In this document: piece by piece, positions 28,716-43,700 of the stretch
Position numbering within the stretch: position 1 is the first letter of the stretch
Layout of the letters: each line of letters begins with the position of its first letter
DNA from: Antedon mediterranea
Taxonomy: Eukaryota > Animalia > Echinodermata
Assembly: GCF_964355755.1 (NCBI RefSeq)
Contig: NC_092678.1
Coordinates: 1,690,422-1,754,421 of the forward strand
DNA length: 64,000 bases
Direction of reading: 5' to 3'
Translations under genes and position numbers: made by a program
Notes under the pieces: generated by a model
What the model saw: the letters and a program-made list of their open reading frames with translations, nothing else
Databases searched by the model: none
What the model was told of the DNA's origin: nothing

Positions 28716-31700
28716 ATGGCTCGTTTTAAAGCAAAATTTGACTACGTCAAAGAACGTGATGATGTTTTAAGTTTCAAAAAGGGCGACCTGTTTGAGATAA
28801 CTAACAAGGTAGATGAACGGTGGTGGGCGGCGCGTGCCGAAAGTGACAACAGCATCGGCTATGTGCCAGCCCTTTACTTGGAGGTAAGTTTGCAATTCGT
28901 CACACCTAGGCCTAAGTCATCCTCGTTTTTGGTGTGTTTTGGTCGTCTTGCTGTAGGCCTACCTTGTGTTAGTGTAATAAATACCTATAAAGTCCTAGGT
29001 ACAATTGAATATTTAAGGATTCATAATTATTATAAAATTGGTACTAATTCACACCTTGATTGAAGCAAGTAAAATTGTACAATCATGTAGAATTTAGAGA
29101 GGCAGTGCATAGCATATGACAGGTGGATTCCATGTCTTTGAAGTACATACAGTACTTTTTATGTCTATTTCAACAGCTAATTTCAATAAAAATGATCATT
29201 ATTTTAATAGTAAAATCATGGACCTATTAAAAAGGTCCGTGGTAGAATCTCATATATAATACTTTATATATAATTATTTTAAATAACATTGCAATATTTT
29301 ATACATTTTTCAAACCCACTTTTCAAACCCACTTTATATGAATTCTGTTTTTCAGAAGGTTATTTGTGTATTTACTGTACTTAATTACATACGATTATAT
29401 TCTAAAATACATGATGCACCTCTGATACAATAAACATTGAAATACTGATTTTGCAAGGTATATTTGATGATATTAAAACACGGCAATTTCTTTATAATGC
29501 GTCAAATTCATTAACAATATGTAAACCTCTTGAAAATGTTAATAGGAATGTCTGGACATGTGACTGCACAGTTATTCATGATTCACATATAGCCTTTCTC
29601 ATAGGCCCTGTTTCTGCTGCCAACTAAATACCGTATATTATACGGTATTTTTTTAATACCGTATATATACGGTATATTTTTGGCAGCAGAAACTGCGCTC
29701 ATAAAAAATATACCGTATTTTGTATACCGTATTTTCTCCACAAAATTTGTGGATAAAATACGGTATTTACAAATTTATACCGTATTTTTTGTACCCGTTT
29801 CTGCTGCCAATAAAAAATACCGTATTTTTTTTTTACATGACAAAAGGTCAACATTCATGTTTTTATTTTCTGTCGCTGTCAGCTGCTTTACACACGTGTA
29901 TAGATATATTCGGCGAAAATGTGGAGCGAAGACGTCACAGTTTTACTAAATAAATGTGTGTGGGGAAGCTAAAATTTCTGGCCAACTAAAAGGTAATAAA
30001 AGGGACAACCACATTTATAAAGACATTTCTAAAAAAATAAAGCAGGAGTATGGAATAGACTTGTCTCCAAAGCAAGTAAACTCAAAGCTGAAGAGCCTGC
30101 GAAAGTAGTACAACATTGTAAAATACAATAATTCGGGGAGGGAACGAATTAATTGTCCCCATTACGATGTTTTCTGTGCTCTCACAACATCTCTATCACT
30201 AGGGCTAGGCTGTTGAAAGTGAGACGTAAAATTTCCTTTATTGCGACTTTTAATTATCGATCAAATAAATGAATGGCAATTTGGGTAAAAAAGATGAAAT
30301 TTAACACGACCACCCAAGAAGTATTGTTAGCAGAAACGGGGTACTAAAAAAATACGGTATAAAAAATACCGTATTTTTATACCGTATTTTGAGCAGTTGC
30401 AGCAGAAACAGGCCCACTCTCTTCTGAGTTAAAGGGATCATTTGGTGGAAATACTTATTTATATATACTTGCATATATTTTATTTTGGGGAAATGTTTCT
30501 CTCAAATGAGGTTAGGGTTATCTCAAATAAGATAAGTATATACAGGCCACAAGACTAGTGTAGGCTAAATAAGTCTTAAGGTCTAGTTCACAATATTGGT
30601 AGAGGGATGAGGGGAGTTGGGTGGAGTAGGGGAGGGTGTTGTTAAGTTCCCCTTTTGTAAAAAAAGAACCCTCTGACTATAACAAGCTGGTTACAGGCTT
30701 ATGAACATGTTGTATAGATGGCCTTTAAACGTAACAAGTAGTGTTTATATTCCAATGGCATCAATATAGACCTTTTGTACTTACCTGCCCAATCAATAAA
30801 CCTCTTAGTGTTTACAAAATGTGGCATGAACTCAGTCTTGTATCTGCCCATGAGCGCAATTATACCAACCCAAATATTTTATCAAAATGATGACACCAAA
30901 CAAACTTGATCATCTGTAAAGGATTTGTCTATTATTTCTCAAATATTATAGTTATTTACCTTGTCAAAGGATGGGTGTGTCAAACTACGTTGCTGCTCAC
31001 AAAAGTACTATCAAAGATTACTGTATGCTTGACTGTCTACAAACATTTTAATCTTGGAACATGATTTGTTATTTTCCAGTATTAAATTGAATTGTTAATA
31101 TTGGATAAATATTTGAATGCTATGTTTACATGCTTTTTTCTCTATATTAGAGTTAAAGTTCAATTGGTTAAATTTATTGTGTGTTCAACATATGTTTTAA
31201 GAACAATTGCAGTCTTTTCATATACTGGAAGTGTCATCATGGCACTGACACTCACCATTATCTTATTGAACTTATTAAAACCATAATGTCCTACTACTGT
31301 ACACAGAGGTATTCCTTATGAAATGGATGCTCGTATGTTAACACCACCTAGAACCAACCTAAATACGTGCCTAAGGGCTGCTTTGATCCAGAGATCTGGA
31401 GACAACTTCATTGTTCCATCCCCTTTTCAATTTAAACTGAAAACTCACTATTTTAATAGCTACAGTATTTTTTTCATGTTGGCGCTGTGAGACTCCGATA
31501 AAGAGTGGTTTATAAATGTTCGATATTATTTTATTATTATTATGACAGTTTTATTAGTCTAATTAAAACTACTGTATAGTTTAATGTACTTCCAAAATCC
31601 AACCAGCATCAACGTTGGTGCAAATTGATATTTTAGGTTGTTTTTGGGGAAGATTCTATTGTTAATTTCCTGGTAAAATGTTTTTACTCTTTTTGTTTTG

Positions 31701-34700
31701 TATGTTTTGTCAGAAATAAAGGAAATGAATGAATGAATATGCAGTATGCAGTACTCTGAACAAACTATACTGTAGTGTGTGTAAACTTAACGTTTTCCAT
31801 CACTTAGACATTACGCTTTCCATGATTTGATGCCATTTGTTTCAATTCAATTGTTTTTATTTGTGTTTTTAACATGTTCCCTCTGTTTACTGTAGCTTTG
31901 AAATGATTGAATGTTTTATCTTGTATTTATCCGTAGCCTGTAAAAGATAAACCAATTGGACGTCTAGTTCCCGAAGGACGAAAAGATACAGTAAGTATGA
32001 CGTTATTATTGTTAGTACTATTATTCACAAAAATTGACAGTGCATTATACATTTTTTTAATTTCATTAATGTGTACAAATTGCATTGAACCAAATACAGA
32101 AACAATGAACAACGTTATAACAAATATTCTTGAAAATCAATAACTTTTCATTAGGAATTCCATCACCAACAATTAGTACAGTTATTCTACTGTACAGTAA
32201 GTTAACATAATCTGTTCAATTGTTACATACAGTATACTTTAGTATTGAGTAACTACTGTAAGAAAACTAATGCGTTGAATGTTGGGTTTTCGTATTTGTT
32301 GTGTAGTGTACTGTAGTGTTACAGGTACAGTATAGTTACATAGTATACAAATAATGAATGTTTATGAGTGCAATGGTACAAATAATGGCACGAGGTGAAT
32401 GATGAAAGGTTATATCAACGAGGCAAAGCCGAGTTGATATAACCTTTCATCATTCACCAAGTGCCATTATTTGTACCATTACACGAATACAAAACATTCA
32501 TTATTTGTTTTATATAACATCTAAATAACAAACAAAATGAACTATTTAACGATCGTTGAATAGTGCGTACTATTGCACGCCATGTGACCCACATTCGTCC
32601 AATCAAATGACAGGAATTTATATAGGTGTTATATAATAAAGTACAGTACATAGTACAGTAAAGATATTGCATGCTTAGATGTGCAATATATTGATATCCT
32701 CTGAGGGAATTGTATTTTTATATAAAAGAAAAACAACAAAAGATTATATATTAACTTGTTTGTATTCCAATAGTGGTTAGTAGTCCACATGATGCCATAT
32801 TTCGACCAATCACATTCTCATATACATAGACTATGTACAGTATAAAGTTTGGTTCTCTGCCCTACAGTGCGTACACTATCTGTAAGTACTCTAAACCTGG
32901 CCTAGTTTTGTGTTCATGTGTGCCTGGCTCAGTATTTTACAGTAGACCCACTTTGTATTATTTTAAATATACAGTACATACTTGTACTGTAGTCTTAATA
33001 ATAACTGATCCATAATGAGTTCAATAGTCTAATTTAATTAAACCATTGTATTTGTTTGGTAAATACAATGATCAGAAGTCTTGTGTTATTGTTCCTAATA
33101 TCTGGACAATAGCCAACCTTGACCACTCAGTCACCTAAGTTATAATTGTATTCTAATTAAAATTATACTATTTGTTTCAATGCTATGTACATGTATTAGA
33201 AATAGCCTTCATCTGTTTAGTTTGTGTGCACATGCTGAGAAGCAGGTATTGTACAATAGGGTTGATAGATATACAGCAGACCTACTGAATGTCATTAAGT
33301 TCATCTTGTTTATCATTCATGAGTATTGTTGAGTCTATTTCGTGCCTGTATAGCTTACCTGGATAAACCAACATTAGCCTTTCTCTCTGAACTGGATTTA
33401 GCACGGCTTTGGAGGCTGAAGTTTATTTACTAAAGTTTGAGATTATACACTTAAAAAAATTTATGGAATTCTATGCAAAACATGCTACTTTCGTGCAAAA
33501 ATTGAAATGGTTATCTGGCCGACTTATGGATGCTCTGTTGCCAGAAGATTTGACGGTCTTGAGTTATATTTTAAAAATTATATTTTATTATTCAGTTACT
33601 GTATCTCTTGGTAATAAAAATTGATCTGTTCAGATGGAATTTTGATTAGAGACCTAAATGACTGTGCTTGTTACTTCATTAGCAAATGAAGTAGGCATGT
33701 TTCATTTATATTCTAGAGCTCTTAATAAGTGTAGTCATAATCTTATATCTGTGAAAATATTTGATTTTAATCTTGTTCTCTTGGTTTTGTTGACATAGTG
33801 ATTAGTAGTGTTATTCTTGTAAACAGATTCATTGTATTCTAAATTCTCTATTGGTTATACAAGCCCCATTCTATTTGTTCTTTCTGCAGCCTCACTTAAT
33901 TTGTCACATATTAAATTATCATAAAGATATCTCGTCTCTAATCTGTTATTATAACTTAACATAATACGGTTGAAGGTGCTTTTAAATAGTCTTAAGCTGT
34001 AACCACAGAGGTTTTTTTCTCGGTCAAATTACAGTAGTGTCCACTAGTAATTTCAGCCAACCCATTGCTCAATGCTGCTTTAAGAAACTTTAACTAACAG
34101 TATACCAGCCCCGGGAGAGGTGCGTCATTTGTTTGATATGTGTCATAAAAGATGACTTACCTTTAGATGACCATGACTTACCCGTTTTGATGCATTGTGA
34201 CCATGTTGTTCATGATATGGTGGGTTGGTAATGTGATGGACATTTAAACACCTCTGCTTAAATAATTATTTTTAAATGACGCAACCACGATGCACATCTC
34301 TCGGGAGTCTTATAAAGTCAAGTGCCTAACAGGATTCCTACAGTAACTTTAAAAAAATTAACTACTGTATTGGAAGGTGTAATAAAAGTGTTGTCAAACC
34401 ATACAGTAGATGACACTGTAATTGTTTAAATACAAACACAGTCCTATTTAACTTCAGATTTTGCAAATTATTTAATATTTTTTATAATACAGTCAGTTTT
34501 TTTCTGATATATTTATAGATTGACTACCATTTAGTTTAATTGTGAGTCTTTTTGGAATTTGGTTTTTATTATACAATGCCTCAACAGTTTCTTTTAAAAG
34601 AGTCTCTGCTTGTGACTGTTGAACTGTGTATTTGTCATGCATCATGGTCCAACGAGTGTTTGTGTAATTATCAACCTTTACATAAATGTTTCAGATGATA

Positions 34701-37700
34701 ATAATAATAAAGATTAAGTGTTGAGCCTGTTACAGTATGACAAGTTTAAGCCTGAGGCAAGACCCACTTAAATAGAGGCCCCTGACAGTACAGGGGGAAC
34801 TTCATCAGTAGAATTCAAGGTGGGTGGGAAGTATAGCACACATTACAGACTGTAATGTGTGCCTGCTGGCACATTCTGCATCAGATGAAATGTGTATTAT
34901 GTAAATCGTCCAAAATATATTAATCCGCACCCACCCAAATAAAATCCTGCGTACGGCCCTGAGTATGCCAATAAAGTTGTTATTATTTTACTATTACAGT
35001 AAGTAACATATTAAAATTCATTTCAGCTGCTGGATCTAAGCAAAGGTGGTAAAGGTTCATAGAATCTACTTAGGAATCTTTCCACTTGTCTGATCAAATC
35101 TGATTTTTTTTATGTATTATGAATGAACAAATACAGTGTTTAAAATAATTTGGTACAGGTAGTCCATTTCATACCAAGCTTACCTGGATAAACATGACAA
35201 TAGTAATTGTCGTTATATTCTTCAATAAACCAAAACATTAGTCTGTATAATAAATAACGTCCAATGGCAGCGCATCCAAATCATGATGTGAAGGTAAAGA
35301 ATGGATGTGTCTTGGACATGAATTTACAAAAAAAAGTGTGCTGCGCCCAAATATGGGCACATGACATTTTTTTGCCACATAAAGTTTTATAGTGTAGACA
35401 GAATATTTAACTACAAATGCTATTAACTACTACAAGTTATTAGGATGTGCTACCGTTAAAGCTATATTCACACTGAGTTTCCAGTCTGCTGGTAACCATA
35501 TAAAAAATTTTGGAAAATGGATGTAGTGTTTTAAATTGAACCCAAGCGAATCTAACCTGATTGAAAAACAGCCCTGAGTTGTAGGCCACTGTACTGAATC
35601 AGAACATAGCTTTGTTCTTGTCTAGCAAAATCGCTGCATATGTCGTCAAACAAGGTACATTATCTCTTTACTGTACTTTAGTACTATAATATTTTTATAA
35701 GCACATATGGTAATACATTTTGTATGGAATATTTGATATGTTTAGTAGATTGGGTACTATTAGCAATTTACCTGGAATGTATATTAAACCTACTGCATTA
35801 TTATGGTGATTACACATTGACAAATCTACCTATCCATTTGACAGTAGATTACAAGGTCATTATACACTGTAGCGCTTTCTACTACAGTATGTAGGATTAG
35901 CATTCCTAATTTACACAATATGCATAGTAACTTTAGTTATTTAAGTATTTAGAGTATAGTATACAAAGTATCATTCACTACAGTACGAAGAATTTGTGAC
36001 ATCTGACAAGCGGCATTCTCTTTCTGGCTGTTTTACTTTATACCTTTTTGATTTAGGCATTATTTGAGATCAGTCACTGATACCCACATACTGTAATTGT
36101 TGGATTTTCCCCAGTAATTTGCCTTTGGATTATATAAAGTAATAAAGAAATACTGTATCCAATATTCCATAGGTCTACTAATTGACCTACAGTATCACCA
36201 ACTTTCCCAGTCTATTTCGTGCCTACCTGGATAAACCGACATTACTGTAGCTATTTCTCCTCGAAGAATGAGATAGAACATTAATATGCTAAGTTTAGCA
36301 CTTTATTTTACAATTTTCAGACCCCTCGTGACCCAAACACTTTCCCCCATGGATCTGCTCTGAGAATATACATGCATACATACTGTATATTTGAGTAGCT
36401 CTCTTCTGGGAGAGAATAGGATAGGCTAGGTTTGTCCAGGTAAGCTAGTAGTCATAAACTACCAACACCACTTTAAATCCATCAGAGTTAATTGTGGTTT
36501 ATCTTGTTCTATGTTCAAACACAAAAATCATCCAATGCAGGAGCCCAGAGGGGTCAACCTACTGTAGCTGGAAAGTTAACCAATTTCTATACTGTATTTC
36601 TATCACTTGTTTTAATATAAACAATACATAAGAGTTGAAGTTACTGTACATTGGATCTGAAAACAGTGGAGGTATAAAGAGAATGATTACACGAACTGGT
36701 ACACTTATGTGTAATAAATCTTATTTTGAACTGTGACCCCAAGGAGAACCATTAAAACATATTTCAAGCAGTTGAAAGAAAAAGTATATACTGTATACAA
36801 AGGAAGTCTGTTCTAATGATAACATACAGTATAAGTTGTATATAAAATGTCTTCACTCAATTACTTTAAATGTTTAGGTTAATTCCCACCCAGATTTAGT
36901 TAAGAAGATAGTTCAATCACAAAACAATGTTGTCTTAAAAAAGTTGGTGCGCATTTGCTTTTTAAAGAAAATTATATAGTTATCTTTGACAGCTCTTGTC
37001 CTTTTCTCTTGCTCCCATTTTTTATGTATCACTGAATGAAAGGAAAAATAAATTTAAAAAAATTAAGTGATAGCCATACAGTAAATAGTAATATTTCCCA
37101 AAATGAAGTAAATATGTCATGTTGTTTTTAATTGGCTGTATTTAACATATGACATCATTCACAACATAGGATAACTAGATTGCAATAAGTATAATAATGA
37201 TGATAGGTTTATTGTATGCTTTCATAGTAAAATATTGTTCAATTTCCTCACACCTGTAGATCAATAATGTAAATGGCACAACAGAATTGTAATGTGATGC
37301 TTTAAGCTGTATAAAGCTCTGTTTATGAATTCCAACAAAAAGAAAAATTCAGATGCATTCAAATACGTTTATACCAACCACTGTATTGTATTATTTGCCA
37401 ACATACATATTTTGATGAGCACTGTGTGTGTCATTTATTCTTTTACATTGCATGGGATTTTCCATGTTATTTGCTTGGGATTTTCCTGGTTATATGCTTG
37501 GGATTTTTCTGGTTATATGCTGGGGATTTTCCTGTTATTTGCTTAGGATTTTCCCTGTTATTTGCTTGTGATATTCCCTGTTATTTGCTTGGGTTTTCCC
37601 TTTTATTTTCTGAGTAAAGTTGAAGCTTGACACTGGAATTCAATTTGTTTCTTCTTTATTAAATAAGGAAACAGTTGTATAACCAAATATGGTGAACGAA

Positions 37701-40700
37701 ATTCGTATGAAACAATTTCTAGAAAAGTAAAAAAAAACAAAAAAACTGTATTCTGAAACGTAGAAATAATGTGCGTACTATACTTATAGTGTTAGTAGTA
37801 GTAATTTGAATCAAACAGTCCATTTAGTTCTTATTTTAAACAGTGCCATAGCTAAAGCTCTGTCTACACTATCAAACTTTATGTGAAAAAAAATGTGATA
37901 TGCCCATATATGGACATGATGATGTCATATCACTACCATGTTTTTGGCATATCACTACCATGTTTGGGCACATCACACTTTTTTGTGTCAAACTAGATAG
38001 AGCTTTAAGTACAGATTAGCCTTCTTAATGCGTTATTCAGATATTTAGGCCCTATTTGCAAGTGTCTAGATATTGTTAATTAATTTTATTTATGTTTTGA
38101 ATTTGAGTTTCTGTGTTCTCAATCTGTATCTTCTTTTAATGTGCTTGCTTTTGCCATCTAGATTGTTCAGAAAATAGTATAACCATTTATAGGCCTTATA
38201 TTCATAAAAATAGCAATCAGTTGTATGTAGTAATAGTATAATACCGACATAAGAATAGCAGTCACCAGGCTGTACAACAAAGTAATATTTCCGTAAACAA
38301 TACATTTCTAGTGAAATGGATTATTATTGAATTCTATATTACACAATTCTATCGGCAATTGTGAATGTTTTCCTGTTGGTTATTCCCAATTGTATCCTGG
38401 ATGTACACTCCCATAGTTGTATTGTTGTACATTCACTTCCGGCTGGAATTTATACAGTGTACTGTGTCATTGGTCAGACATAGGACTATTACTGTCTACA
38501 GTACTTGGTTTGTTTATATACAGTACTTGCTGTATAATTGCATATTTATTATCATTTTATATATTTTTCTGAGAATTTGATAATAATAATAATAATAAAT
38601 AACATTTATAAAGCGCAAGAGACAAAGGTTTCAAAGCGCTGTGTTTTCCAAGATCTGTGCAAGTAATAGCGTGTGATTATGCTTCTCTGAAGAGATGAGT
38701 TTTGAGTTTAGTTTTAAATGTGATTACAGATTTTGATGAGCGTATTTCGAGGGGTAGAGTGTTCCAGAGTTTTGGGGCTGCGACAGCGAAAGCACGATCA
38801 CCGTAAAACCGAGTTCTGGAACAGGGTCCAGGTTTTAGAAGAAGTCTGCTGGATGAACGAAGCGTAGAGTTGGTTGACGGAGTAATGATGTCACATATGT
38901 AGGCTGGAGCACATCCGTTGATGGCCTTATATGTCAGCAACAGGATTTTAAAACGAATGCGCTGATCTCTACAGGCAACCAGTGTAAGTCACGTAAAACG
39001 GGAGAAATATGTTCATGTCGTTTAGTGGCAGTGATAAGTCTTGCGGCGGAATTTTGGATAATTCGTTGAAGAGGAGACAGATAAGAAGTTGGTAGGCCAT
39101 ACAGAAGCGAGTTATGACAGTCCAGACGAGATGAAACAAAAGCATGAACAAGACGTTCAGTTGATGTTTTGTCACGGTACTTACGAATCTGGCCGATCTG
39201 GTAAATTCCAAAGGAAGCACCACGGCAAACATTACGAATGTGTTCTTTTAAACCGAGGCTGTTGTCTAGTTGGACGCCTAGATTTCTGGCTGAGCTGGAG
39301 GTAGAGACAGTAGTATCTCCGATATGGACCAAAGGAAATGATGATGCCTCACGGAACTTTGAATGAAAATGGATCATTTCAGTCTTGGAGTCGTTGAACA
39401 TGAGTTTATTTTGAATGGCCCATGAGCGAACATCTGCGATGCATGATTCAAGGCTGTTAACAGATTCAGAATGATGTGTAGGTTTCATGATTAAATATAA
39501 TTGAGTGTCATCTGCATAGATCATATGACGAACTTCCGGGTGGGAATCAGTGATGTTGCTGAGTGGTCCAGTGTATAAGATGAAATCGAGTGGACCTTTT
39601 ACGGATCCCTGCGGTACACCCCAGGGTAGAGCGAACTCATCAGACATCGAATCATCCACAATGATTGCTTGTCTACGATTCTCAAAATATGAAATAAGCC
39701 ATTTCAATGCGGTTCCGCTTATGCCGTATCTTTTCTGAAGACGTTGAAATAATAAATCATGATTGATAGTGTCAAATGCGGCGGAGTAGTCGAGTAGAAT
39801 AAGTACCGCTTCATTACCTTTGTCTAAAGCAAGTAGTAGATCGTTTGTAACACGTAATAAAGCGGTTTCAGTTGAGTGGAAGCGGCGGTATGCTGATTGG
39901 ACTTTTGAAAACAGGAAATATTCATCCATATATGCTTTTATCTGAGCAGTTGCAATTCTTTCCAAGACTTTGAAAAGGAAGGGAAGATTTGCTATTGGTC
40001 TATAATTTTGTAGGACGTTGGAGTCGAGATTTTGCTTTTTCAACAGTGGCATAACAAGGGACAATTTAAATGCAGATGGTACAGTACCTGATGACAGCGA
40101 CATGTTGACGATTTTAGTGATATGCGGTAGTAGAGCGTCAATGCAGTTTTTTAGTAACCGTGTTGGAATTGGGTCAAGTCTACTGGACTTAGATGCGCTT
40201 TCAGCGATGACTTTGCGTACCGTATCTTCTGATGTTTGCTCAAATTCAGCGAAACTACTATTACATGAATCGTCGACGTTGACAGTTATTAGTGGAGTGT
40301 TTATGGAGTTAAGTTTCTTGCAAATCTTCAGAATCTTTTCATTAAAGAAACAGCCAAACTGGTTTGCGAGATCCATTGAAGATGTGTGTTTTTGCAGAAC
40401 AGGAGAAGAATCGACCGAGTACAGTTTACTTATGATGCGGAAAAGGTTCTTGTCATCCGCATTAGCGATTTCATTGCAATGATAATTGCATTTTGCTAGA
40501 TCTAGCATATCTTTATATGCTTTGCATTCCAACTTGTACCTCTGTTTGTTGATATCCAAACCAGATTTCTACATTCTGCGTTCTGATCTCCGTTTGACGC
40601 ACTTCGCTTCACGGAGTTCATTCGTGTACCATGGTGCCCGTGGTCTAATGGTGACCAGTTTAGTTGTTAACGGAGCATGTTGGTCAAGGATGTACTGCAA

Positions 40701-43700
40701 TACATTATTGTATTGGTCAGCGAGATCGGAGACATTATCTTCCGGTGCGCAGACGAGCGGGGAATTCATTATATCTTCCACAAAACAATTTAGATCAATG
40801 TTACGAAGTTTGCGGTAAGAGGTTGTCCGCATTGGTTGTTTAGGATGTGATAAATCCACCAAGCTGATGACAGCCATATGGTCGGATGGTAGTCCTTGTT
40901 TGACAGTGGTTTGTTTTATTATGTTGTCGTTTTTCCGAGAGATTAGAAGGTCCAGTGTGTGCCCGCTAACGTGAGTGGGGCCTTGGACATGTTGATGAAG
41001 ACAACTCGTGTCAAGCAGTTCATCAAATCGCTTGGTGTTGTTGTCTAAGAGGTCATCTGTGTGAATATTGAAATCACCAACTATCAGAAGGTTTTTGGTG
41101 CAAGAGACTGATTCAAGAAGTGATGAGAATTCAGTGATGAAAAAGTCAAAGGTAAGTTTGTTTTTGGTCGATGGTGGTGGTCTGTAAATTGCAATCAAGT
41201 TAATTACAGATGAATTGGAAGTGATCTTGATATCCATATGTTCGAAAGACCGGAAACTTGTTTAAACATTTGGTGTTATTTGGAGTCCACGGTGCAAAAT
41301 GATGCATATTCCACCTCCGCGTCCACCTGTAGGGCGTGGCGCATGTGACACCACGAAATTTTGGAGGGTGTTACTCACGTCCGCGATAAAGTCACTTGCA
41401 TCACCTTTCAACCAACTTTCGGTAATTACTAAAATGTCTATATTCAACAGCCAAAATAAAATCACAAACGTGAACAGTTTTATTTCTTAAAGAACGCGCA
41501 TTCCACAGTCCAAAACAGATGGAACTTGAACTACGAGATTGTTCAGTATCCACAGAAACAGGTCCGCGAGGTTGACAGATGTGTTCAGTGGCGGCAGAGA
41601 TAAGCTTGCTTCGTCGGCGACCAGCTTTCTTTCCTCTATGTTTTTTTCGAGTTGAGAATGCTCGGCATGTGATAAAGGCATTGATATTCAAACGATTTAT
41701 AGTGTCAATTAGATGGAGTCAACGATGACTTTAAGTTTCCTGATAATCTGAGAAGTTGATCACGATCGTAGTAAATCATAAACGCTATAGATGAACTGAC
41801 AGGTTGAATTAAAGTCAATGAACACCCGTTATGATAAGACGATTCGGTTCTGTGAAGTAAGCCGACTACTACAATCCTAGGCCTACCGTAGTTGACAAAT
41901 CCGGCAAAGAATGTTGAATGAACCGTGGATACGGCTGACCGCGAAGGCTGACTGCACAGGAATGTGAGTAGAAAGGCAAACAAAACTGGCCTAGGAAAAA
42001 CGGAGCATTAGTTTCGCTAGTAGACCAACGATGTTATCTTCACAATATACATACAACGGTCAGTAATAACCAGGAAAAGTTTGATGTGGCATTAAACACA
42101 CAGATTTCAGTATACAGAAACTGTAATTTTACAGAAACTTGGAGAACAGATAATCAAACTTCTTTCAGAGCAAACATACTTTCTATGTATATTTTATATG
42201 CAAATGACAATAAATGTAAGTAATTTTCCACTGATGAATGAATGAATTTGTTGATGACGTAGTGTATTTCATTATCATTCCAGTTCTACAACTTACAGTA
42301 TAACCCCTCCTTTGAGAAATCCCTAGTTAGGGGACATTCCTATTTAGGGGATTCCTTTCTGTGAAATGAATGACGGGCATTATTTTAACACTATGGTCAG
42401 CAACCTGTACGGCCAGCACCTAATCAAGTGGACACCCCTAAAAGGTCCGGACAGTTTATTGGGTACTGAATACTGTTGCATCCACTGAATACTGAACGGA
42501 TAAAAAACTTGTGAAAACTTTCATACTGTACATATCTCAGGGACATACCCACCAGTACGTTTGGTAAGGTTTCAACCTGACCACTTTTTCACAGAAGCCT
42601 TTTACAACCCAGTGGCTTAAACAGGAATTGTTCCATTTTCTTGCGAAAACCGGACCACTTTATTTCTCGTGGCTACATCACTGTATCTAATTTAACAGAC
42701 AATATTTTATTTGAACGTAAAGAACTTTAGTTCAGTAGCACTTTTAATGTGAAACAAAAAGTGTACAATTAATTGATATCAAACTTGAAAGTTTAATTGA
42801 AATTAATGTTATCGAAACCAAAAGATAATAATGATTTTATGAGGATGATATATTCATTATTATTCAATTTCACTTCCCTTTGTTATATTTAATGATGATA
42901 GATTTATAAACTCTCTAATAACCACTTAAGGTAAAACACTGATTATAAAATAATCATAAATTATTAGTATGACCAATTAAGCATTGATCTTGGTATCTCC
43001 ATCTGCTGTTACTAATTGCATAGTTATTTGTGTTGCTATAGAAATATTACCCACAATCAATCAGAATGCACCTTTGTAAAATTTCTGTTCAGATTATGTA
43101 TAATGGTAAAATAGTATTAATTTCTGTTCAGATTATGTATAATGGTAAAATAGTATTAATTAGCGTCTACGTAATATACTGTAATTATATTCTAGTAGCT
43201 TTAGTTTTACAATTTAATTATTATTCATCGACGAAATTCAGATTAGGAGCTACAGTGCAGCTCATATGAACAGCGGTATGAACTTTGTAACTCTTTTCGA
43301 TACCAAGTTTCTTTATCAGCTTTACCTCCCATCTGAAGGATGAGAGGAAAGAATCTTGCGTTGTGTTATAATCTGCATACCACAAATTATGCTAAGACAA
43401 TCTACACTTTACAACCAAGGCAATCTACAGTAACAACAGGATGCTGAGCTAGCTCGCCTTGCCATGATAGGAACGTGCTTTGATCTTATGTCTGGCTGCG
43501 ACAAATACTGTAGGTCAACGGTACTGTACTATGTATCATCATATTCTCCGTGGTGTCTGGAGGGCGTGGAAGTGATCATGTCACAGCCACAGATTGTTTG
43601 TTTGTTTGTTTTATCTTTATACTGGGTAACCTCTTCAGTCAAAGACTGATCTCCCAGAGGGCCCAGTTGGTGATCAGTGGCTGTGATGTACAGTACAGGA

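Noticed and set aside
28716-28883. Naming the SH3 gene (NCKIPSD/SPIN90 or ARHGAP12-like)
   Set aside because: Only generic SH3 similarity; diagnostic C-terminal domains are outside the window.
38934-41237. Domesticated or active reverse transcriptase gene
   Set aside because: In-frame stop and multiple frameshifts with an ordinary LINE tail indicate a dead copy.
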